From: Pseudomonas aeruginosa
GTDB taxonomy: Bacteria; Pseudomonadota; Gammaproteobacteria; Pseudomonadales; Pseudomonadaceae
Direction of reading: 5' to 3'
Assembly (NCBI RefSeq): GCF_001457615.1
Contig: NZ_LN831024.1
Coordinates: 2,460,001-2,492,000 of the forward strand
Length of the DNA: 32,000 nt
In this document: positions 25,586 to 32,000 of the stretch, piece after piece
Numbering within the stretch: the first letter of the stretch is position 1
Layout: the number at the start of each line of letters is the position of its first letter
Translations under genes and position numbers: made by a program
The notes under the pieces: model-generated
What the model was told of the DNA's origin: nothing
The model's database searches: none
The model's input: only the letters and a program-made list of their open reading frames with translations

Positions 25586-26668
25586 TCAGTCCAGCGCTTG
25601 CAGGCGTTCGCCGAGCCGGCCGCCGTCGACCAGTTCGAGGAATTCGTCGCCGAGCCTGCGGCTTTCCGCCATCGCCTGGCGCCAGTAGCGCTCGCGGCCG
25701 TCGTCGTCGCCGAGGTAGCGGGTGAAGTCCTTGCGGTCCGGCAGCTTGGCGTGCGGCAGGCGCGCCAGGTACTCGCGCGACGGCGCCAGCAGCAGCACGT
25801 CCTGCAGGCGCCCGGCGTCGCCACGGCGCCAGGGCAAGCCCTTGTCGAACCAGCCGGGGATCACCTTGTCGGTGAAGTGCGGGTAGAGCACCACGCCGCG
25901 GTCCTCGTAGGGCAGGTCGAGATGGTAGTCGAGCAGGCCGCCGTCGCGGTAGGTGCCGGGGCCGGCGCCAGGCAGGTCGCGGACGCCTTCCATGACCATC
26001 GGGATCGAGCCGGAGGCGAGCAGCGCCTGGCGCAGGTTGCCGCCGTCCAGGTGCAGGTAGCGCGACGGGAAGTCGGTCAGCGCGGCCAGCGGCGGCGCCT
26101 GGCGGGCGTCATGCAGGATCACCCGTTCGAAGTGGCGGTGCAGATGGCGGCGGCCGATCAGGTTGTCGCGGATCACCGAGGACAGCCCCAGGCCGAGGCT
26201 GGCCTTGTGGTCGTGGGCGAGGCGCCCGTGGCTCTTCACCACCACCACGTTGAGGCGGTACAGCGGGTTGTCGAGGATCCGCGCGTCCTGGCCGGCGAGC
26301 AGGTCGTCGAGCATCGCCGCGCACTTGCGCGAGACTTCGGCGATGCTCACGCCCTTGGGAAAACGCTGCCGGGTGTACAGCTCGCCGAGGCGGGTGAGGC
26401 CGGCCACGGCGTCGGGCAGGCAGGCACTGGCGAAGCGCCAGGAACCGATGGAGGCGCCGATCAGCGAGCGTTCACGCGGGGCGCGCGGCAGCCACTCGCC
26501 GAAGATCGCCAGGTCCAGTCCCTGGATGCCCAGCGCCTTTGGCCCGCCGGCGGCACCGGGGACGATGCCGACGTCGGCCGGCTGCAGGCCGCGTTCGCGG
26601 ATGCGGGCGAGGGCGCGGCGACCGGCCTTGAGGGTCAGTGCGGGGGACTTGATCTGGATGGCTGGCAT
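25586..26668 (-). CDS. Patatin-like phospholipase domain protein
   Basis: GASIGSWRFASACL (GxSxG) and YRDGGLLDYHLDLP (DGG) supply a patatin-type Ser-Asp dyad. Confidence 0.85.
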   Translation of the reverse strand: MPAIQIKSPALTLKAGRRALARIRERGLQPADVGIVPGAAGGPKALGIQGLDLAIFGEWLPRAPRERSLIGASIGSWRFASACLPDAVAGLTRLGELYTRQRFPKGVSIAEVSRKCAAMLDDLLAGQDARILDNPLYRLNVVVVKSHGRLAHDHKASLGLGLSSVIRDNLIGRRHLHRHFERVILHDARQAPPLAALTDFPSRYLHLDGGNLRQALLASGSIPMVMEGVRDLPGAGPGTYRDGGLLDYHLDLPYEDRGVVLYPHFTDKVIPGWFDKGLPWRRGDAGRLQDVLLLAPSREYLARLPHAKLPDRKDFTRYLGDDDGRERYWRQAMAESRRLGDEFLELVDGGRLGERLQALD

Positions 26669-26804
26669 GCTGGTCTTCTCCCTTGCGGACCGGCGATTAT
26701 AGGACGAGTTGTCGCAGGACCAAGCGCTTTCGAACGCCGGCGAGCCCCATCGCAGAGGCTTTCCGTTACCCTATGGCGCGCCCCGGCCATGTCCTTGCGG
26801 CAAA

Positions 26805-26836
26805 TTCAGCTTCAATTAAGAGCGCCCGGTTAATCT
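26805..26836 (+). promoter_or_regulatory. Putative BqsR-type tandem site and -10 box upstream of bqsP
   Basis: TTCAG-CTTCAA-TTAAG at 26805-26820 (one mismatch to remembered TTAAG-N6-TTAAG), then TAATCT at 26831-26836. Confidence 0.55.
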
Positions 26837-26882
26837 GCAAACCGTCGAAAGCAACACGATTGATTCCCACGGAGAGATTCCC

Positions 26883-27191
26883 ATGAAGAAACTGACTGCC
26901 CTGTTCGCCGCCACCGCCATCGCCCTGACTGCCGGCCTGGCCCAGGCCCGCGACCTCGGCCCGGACGAGGCGCTGAAGCTGCGTGACGCCGGGACCATCA
27001 AGTCCTTCGAAGAGCTGAACAAGAACGCCATCGCCAAGCATCCCGGCTCGAGCGTCCACGATACCGAGCTGGAAGAGGAATACGGCCGCTACATCTACCA
27101 GGTCGAGTTGCGCGACCCGCAGGGCGTGAAATGGGACCTGGAGCTGGATGCCGCTACCGGCGCCGTGCTCAAGGACCACCAGGACGACTGA
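26883..27191 (+). CDS. bqsP: Periplasmic PepSY-domain protein (BqsP-like)
   Basis: 102 aa. Signal peptide MKKLTALFAATAIALTAGLAQA, then RDLGPDEALKLRDAGTIKSFEELNKNAIAKHPGSSVHDTELEEEYGRYIYQVELRDPQGVKWDLELDAATGAVLKDHQDD. Confidence 0.9.
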   Translation: MKKLTALFAATAIALTAGLAQARDLGPDEALKLRDAGTIKSFEELNKNAIAKHPGSSVHDTELEEEYGRYIYQVELRDPQGVKWDLELDAATGAVLKDHQDD

Positions 27192-27505
27192 TGAAGTGGC
27201 TCATGCGCTACGCCGGGATCGTCGCACTGGTCCTGGCGGTCATCAGCCTCGAAGCGATGGCGCGCGACCTGGACCAGGACGAGGTCCTGCGCCTGCGCCA
27301 GGACGGCGTGATACAGCCGCTCGAATCCCTCATGCAGGAAGCCCTGGGGCGTTACCCCGGGGCGCGCCTGCTGGAGGTCGAGCTGGAAGAGGAAGACGAC
27401 GTGTATGTCTACGAGGTGGAGTTGCTCACCCGCGACGGCGTCGTGCGTGAACTGGAACTGGATGCCCGCAACGGCCGCATCCTGAAGGACGAGGAAGACG
27501 ACTGA
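27191..27505 (+). CDS. bqsQ: Periplasmic PepSY-domain protein (BqsQ-like), paralogue of the preceding gene
   Basis: 104 aa. [80 protein letters not shown]. The start overlaps the previous stop (TGATG). Confidence 0.9.
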
Positions 27506-28176
27506 TGCGGTTGCTGCTGGTTGAGGATCACGTTCCCCTGGCCGACGAACTGATGGCCAGCCTGACCCGCCAGGGCTACGCGGTGGACTGGCTGGCCGAC
27601 GGCCGCGACGCGGCGGTGCAGGGCGCCAGCGAACCCTACGACCTGATCATCCTCGACCTCGGCCTGCCCGGGCGTCCCGGCCTGGAGATACTCCAGGAGT
27701 GGCGTGGGCTGGGACTCGCGACTCCGGTGCTGATCCTCACCGCGCGCGGTTCCTGGGCCGAACGCATCGATGGGCTCAAGGCCGGTGCCGACGACTACCT
27801 GACCAAGCCGTTCCATCCGGAAGAGTTGGCCTTGCGCATCCAGGCCCTGTTGCGCCGCGCCCATGGGCTGGCCAACCAGAGCCAGCTGGAGGCCGCTGGG
27901 CTGCGCCTGGACGAGCAGCGCCAGTGCGTGTGCCTGAACGGCGCCGACGTCGACCTGACCGCCGCCGAATTCCGCCTGCTGCGCTATTTCATGCTGCACC
28001 CCGGCCAGGTCCTGTCCAAGGGGCACCTGGCCGAGCATCTGTACGACGGCGAGACCGAACGCGATTCCAACGTCATCGAGGTCCACGTCAACCACCTGCG
28101 GCGCAAGCTCGGCCGCGAGGTGATCGAGACCCGCCGTGGCCAGGGCTACCGCTACGCCGGGGTGGCCGCCGGATGA
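27505..28176 (+). CDS. bqsR: OmpR-family response regulator BqsR (CarR)
   Basis: [36 protein letters not shown]...[22 protein letters not shown]...[20 protein letters not shown], with winged-helix DNA-binding domain. Confidence 0.93.
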
Positions 28177-29510
28177 GGTCGATCCAGCGGCGCCTGAGCG
28201 TCGGCCTGTTCGCGGTGCTGCTGGTGGTCGGGCTGGTCCTCGCGCAGACCGGCCTGTGGCTGTTCGACCAGGGCCTGCGGCGCTATTTCGCCGGCAATCT
28301 GCGCGAGGAGGCGGAGAACCTGCTGGTGGCCATGGTGCGCGGGCCGAACGGCATGCAACTGGACGAGCAACGCCTCAACCCGGCGTTCCAGCGCCCGTAT
28401 TCCGGGCGCTATTTCGTCATCGAGCTGGAAAAGGACACCTGGCGCTCACGCTCCCTGTGGGACAGCGAGCTGGAAGTGCCGCACAAGAAAGGGCTGGTGC
28501 AGGGCCTGGTCGATGGGCCCGAGGAGCAGCGACTGCTGGTGTTCCGCGGCCACTACAAGCGCATGGGCCAGAAGCTGCGGATCGTGGTGGCGCAGGACTA
28601 TACGCCGATCCTGGAAAGCTTCGCCCGTGTGCAGTGGATGGGTCTGGGCGCCGGCGCCCTGGCGCTGCTCCTGGTATTGCTGTTGCAGCGCCTGACCGTG
28701 CGTCGTTCGCTGCGTCCGCTGGAGGAGGTGCGCCTGCAGATCGCCCAGCTGCAGCAGGGCCAGCGCAGCCAACTGGACAACCAGGCTCCCGAGGAACTGG
28801 AGCCGCTGGTGGAGCAGATCAACCACCTGCTGGCGCACACCGAGGAGACCCTGAAGCGTTCGCGCAACGCCCTGGGCAACCTCGGTCACGCCCTGAAGAC
28901 GCCGCTGGCGGTGCTGGTCAGCCTCGCCGAGCGCGAGGAGATGGCGCGCCAGCCGGAGTTGCAACAGGTCCTGCGCGAACAGCTGGAACAGATCCAGCAG
29001 CGCCTCGGTCGCGAGTTGGGCAAGGCGCGCCTGGTCGGCGAAGCCCTGCCTGGCGCACATTTCGATTGCGCCGAGGAGTTGCCGTCGCTGTGCGACACCC
29101 TGCGCCTGATCCACGGCCCGCACCTGCAGGTGAGCTGGAGCGCGCCACCGGGGCTGCGCCTGCCATGGGACCGCGAGGACCTGCTGGAGATGCTCGGCAA
29201 TCTGCTGGACAACGCCTGCAAGTGGGCCGATAGCGAAGTCCGCCTGACTGTCGCGCAGGGCGAGGGCATGGTCCGCCTGAAGGTCGACGATGACGGCCCC
29301 GGCATCCTCCCCGACCAGCGCCAGGCGGTGCTCGAGCGGGGTACCCGGCTCGACGAGCAGGTCAGCGGCCATGGCCTGGGCCTGGGCATCGCGCGCGACA
29401 TCGCCGAGGCCTGCGGTGGCCGCCTGAGTCTCGAGGACAGCCCGCTGGGCGGCCTGCGGGTGAGCGTCGAGTTGCCGTTGCAGAAGAGCGGCCGCGCCGC
29501 CAGGGCTTAA
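28173..29510 (+). CDS. bqsS: Sensor histidine kinase BqsS (CarS)
   Basis: ATG 28173 (ATGA overlap with bqsR). [28 protein letters not shown]-box [21 protein letters not shown]-box [13 protein letters not shown]-box [18 protein letters not shown]. Confidence 0.92.
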
Positions 29511-29524
29511 CAGTTCTTCACCAT

Positions 29525-29543
29525 TTGCCGACAGTCCCGGCAA
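29525..29543 (+). repeat. Small stem-loop between bqsS and the following ORF
   Basis: TTGCCG-acagtcc-CGGCAA (29525-29530 / 29538-29543) upstream of AAGGAGG. Confidence 0.3.
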
Positions 29544-29600
29544 GATTTCCTCCTGCGCTTTCCCTAGCATCCCGGGCTTCTTGCAAGGAGGTCTTGGACG

Positions 29601-29909
29601 ATGAAACGGCGGACGGGTACGGGCCGCTGGCGCTGGGCGCTGATGCTGCCGGTGCTGGTGTTCCTGTTGGGCGAGTCCAGTGGACAGCGAGAGGAGGGGC
29701 GGTCGCCGCGGTTACCCGCGCAGGCTCGCTACGAGCAGGCCGTGGAAAACGCGTTGCGCAGCGAGCGCGGCGAGCCGCGACAGGCCGGGACAGCGGCAGC
29801 GAAGGTGGCCGAGGCGGGAGCCCCGGCGCGTCTGCGTGGCTGGCTGCGCTCGCTGGCCCGCCTGGCGATCTGGGGGACCTACGGCCCCCCGGCGCTATTC
29901 AGGCCGTGA
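29601..29909 (+). CDS. bqsT: Small protein with N-terminal hydrophobic segment (BqsT-like)
   Basis: 102 aa, MKRRTGTGRWRWALMLPVLVFLLGESSGQREEGRSPRLPAQARYEQAVENALRSERGEPRQ, strong AAGGAGG upstream, downstream of bqsS. Confidence 0.7.
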   Translation: MKRRTGTGRWRWALMLPVLVFLLGESSGQREEGRSPRLPAQARYEQAVENALRSERGEPRQAGTAAAKVAEAGAPARLRGWLRSLARLAIWGTYGPPALFRP

Positions 29910-29913
29910 ACGG

Positions 29914-32000
29914 TCAGGCCTTGAACTGTTCCATCAGGCCCTGCTGGTGGTTGGCCAGGCGGTTCAGCGACTGACTGACCTGGGCCGATTCCTCGGCCTG
30001 GCTCGACAGCGACTCGGTGACGTCACGGATCGCCGCGACATTGCGGTTGATCTCCTCGGCTACCGAGCTCTGTTCCTCGGCGGCGCTGGCAATCTGCAGG
30101 TTCATGTCGTTGATCACCGTCACCGCCTCGCCGATCCGTTGCAGCGCGGCCACCGCTTCATCCACCTGCTCGACGCTGCCCTGGGCCTGGCGATGGCTGC
30201 CATGCATGGCGTCGACCACGTCGCGGGTGCCCTGTTGCAGGCCTTCGATCACCCCGCGGATCTGTTCCACCGAGTCCTGGGTGCGCCGGGCGAGGTTGCG
30301 CACTTCGTCGGCGACCACCGCGAAGCCGCGGCCGGCGTCGCCGGCGCGGGCCGCCTCGATGGCCGCGTTGAGCGCCAGCAGGTTGGTCTGCTCGGCGATG
30401 GCGCGGATCACTTCCAGCACCGAACCGATTTCCTCGCTGCTGCTGGCCAGTTGCTCGACCTGGCCCATGGCGCTGGTCAGGTTGGCGGCCAGGCTGTCGA
30501 TGCTCTGGGTGGTGCGGTCGATCAGCGCCAGGCCGTCGCGGGTCGCCTGGTCGGCACCGCGCGCGGCGTCGGCGGCCTGGGCGGCGCTACGGGCGACGTC
30601 CTGGGCAGTGGCGGTCATCTCGTGGGATGCGGTGGCGACCTGGTCGATCTCGCGGAACTGCTGCTGCATGCCGGCGCTGGTCTGGCTGGAAATCGCCGCC
30701 GACTGGTCGGCGGTACTGCGCGCATCGCGCACCGAGACCTTCACGTCGCGGATGATCGGCTGCAGCTTGTCGAGAAAACGGTTGAACCAACCGGCCAGTT
30801 CGCCCAGCTCGTCGCGCCCGGTGTGCGGCAGACGCTGGGTCAGGTCGCCTTCGCCGCTGGCGATGTCGCGCAGCATGTGGGCGACGCCGAGGATCGGCCG
30901 GGTCACGCCGCGGGCGCTCAGCCACAGCACCAGCAGGCCGAGCACCGCGGCGCCGAGGCCGAGGCCCAGTTCGACCCAGGTGCCTTCGCGACGCATGTCG
31001 TCCAGTTGCCGCTCCAGCGCCAGGGCCGGGCCGAGCAGGGCGCTCTTCGGCACTTCGAGGAGCACGCCCCAGGGCTTGGCGCCGGGAATCGGCTGCAACG
31101 GTTGCAGCACCTTGAGGTCGTCGTTCTCGTTGAACAACCGGCTCTTGCCGGCGGCCAGCAGTTGCAGGAGTTCGCCGGCGTGCTGCGGATCCGCCTTGGC
31201 CAGGTTCTTGCCGAGCAGGCCGGCGTCGCGGCTGTTGCCGGCGAACAGCCCGGCGGGGCTGAGGATGCCGACCTGGCCGACGCCGTCGTAGAGTTCGCGG
31301 TTGCCCTGTTCGCTGAGCGCCTGCAGGTTGCTCAGGTTGATGTCCAGGCCCATCACGCCGATCACCTTGCCATCCAGTTCGAGGGGAAAGGCGATGCTGG
31401 TCATCAGCAGTTGGCGTTCGCCGACCTTGTCGAAGTAAGGATCGAGCACGCAGGGTTGCCCGCTTTCCTTCGGGCAGGTGTACCAGGCGTTGTAGGCCGC
31501 GCCGCTGGGCCCGCTGCTGGTGTCGGCGAGTTCGGACTCGATCATCGACTCGGATTCCAGCTGTCCCGGCGTGGCCTGCGCCCAGTACAGGGAGAAGCGT
31601 CCCTTGTCGTTGCTGCCCAGGGCGGGCTGGTCGACGAACAGTTCGTCCTTGCCGTCCAGCGCATTGGGTTCGAAGACCACGTACAGGCCGAGCACCTCGG
31701 GATTGGCGGCGAGCGCGGTGCGCACCTGGCGGGTCAGGTCTTCGCGCAGGTCGTAGGCATCGAGGAAGCGCTTCTGCGCCTGGTCGCGGAGGAACAGGAT
31801 CTGCCGGGAGAAGCCCTTGCCGTACTGGAAGGCATCCATGAAATAGCGCTGGATGCGTAACGCCTGCAATTCCCCGCGGGCTTCCAGGCGCAGGCGCGCC
31901 GATTCGTCGAGCATCTGCGTACTGGCGCTTTTCACCAGCACGCTGCTGTGCTGCATGCGGTAGACCGAAAGGCCGACCAGCAAGGCGACCACGCCGAGCA
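29914..32000 (-). CDS. tlpQ: Methyl-accepting chemotaxis protein, TlpQ-like, partial (N-terminus beyond window end)
   Basis: dCache-type periplasmic domain, [26 protein letters not shown], and MCP hairpin [54 protein letters not shown]. The frame remains open to the window edge. Confidence 0.9.
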   Translation of the reverse strand, partial: LGVVALLVGLSVYRMQHSSVLVKSASTQMLDESARLRLEARGELQALRIQRYFMDAFQYGKGFSRQILFLRDQAQKRFLDAYDLREDLTRQVRTALAANPEVLGLYVVFEPNALDGKDELFVDQPALGSNDKGRFSLYWAQATPGQLESESMIESELADTSSGPSGAAYNAWYTCPKESGQPCVLDPYFDKVGERQLLMTSIAFPLELDGKVIGVMGLDINLSNLQALSEQGNRELYDGVGQVGILSPAGLFAGNSRDAGLLGKNLAKADPQHAGELLQLLAAGKSRLFNENDDLKVLQPLQPIPGAKPWGVLLEVPKSALLGPALALERQLDDMRREGTWVELGLGLGAAVLGLLVLWLSARGVTRPILGVAHMLRDIASGEGDLTQRLPHTGRDELGELAGWFNRFLDKLQPIIRDVKVSVRDARSTADQSAAISSQTSAGMQQQFREIDQVATASHEMTATAQDVARSAAQAADAARGADQATRDGLALIDRTTQSIDSLAANLTSAMGQVEQLASSSEEIGSVLEVIRAIAEQTNLLALNAAIEAARAGDAGRGFAVVADEVRNLARRTQDSVEQIRGVIEGLQQGTRDVVDAMHGSHRQAQGSVEQVDEAVAALQRIGEAVTVINDMNLQIASAAEEQSSVAEEINRNVAAIRDVTESLSSQAEESAQVSQSLNRLANHQQGLMEQFKA

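Noticed and set aside
29680-31860. 726-aa plus-strand ORF opposite the chemoreceptor
   Set aside because: The minus strand encodes canonical HAMP and MCP signalling domains. The plus frame is a repetitive Gly/Val/Leu-rich artefact.

Overview
The window is GC-rich, tightly packed DNA whose protein signatures and gene order match my recollection of the Pseudomonas aeruginosa PAO1 interval PA2684 to PA2654 (no database search was run). From left to right it contains: (1) the C-terminal ~1255 codons of an Rhs/YD-repeat T6SS effector (Tse5-like) with a 4-nt-overlapping small two-TM immunity ORF (Tsi5-like); (2) a threo-type PLP dehydratase, a dienelactone-hydrolase + SnoaL-like fusion, a LysR regulator, a quinone oxidoreductase and a methyltransferase; (3) a GspE-F-G-H-I-J-K-L-M type II secretion-like cluster, translationally coupled to a lone ABC-2/Wzm-like permease, with no secretin (GspD), GspC, prepilin peptidase or ABC ATPase in the window; (4) a small secreted protein with a duplicated CX20C unit; (5) the H-NS-like silencer MvaU, a 6-pyruvoyl-tetrahydropterin synthase-like protein, and a nitric oxide module (FhpR, Fhp, PpyR, NnrS); (6) a DUF5329-like protein, an alpha/beta hydrolase and a patatin-like protein; (7) the BqsPQRST-type Fe(II)-sensing locus; (8) the C-terminal part of a TlpQ-like chemoreceptor. 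The least explained part is the incomplete T2SS cluster joined to an orphan permease (10006-18280), preceded by ~590 nt of unassigned DNA. The clearest regulatory signal is a set of three NorR-type inverted repeats plus a sigma54-like promoter between fhpR and fhp. No CRISPR, tRNA, rRNA or recognisable IS was seen.
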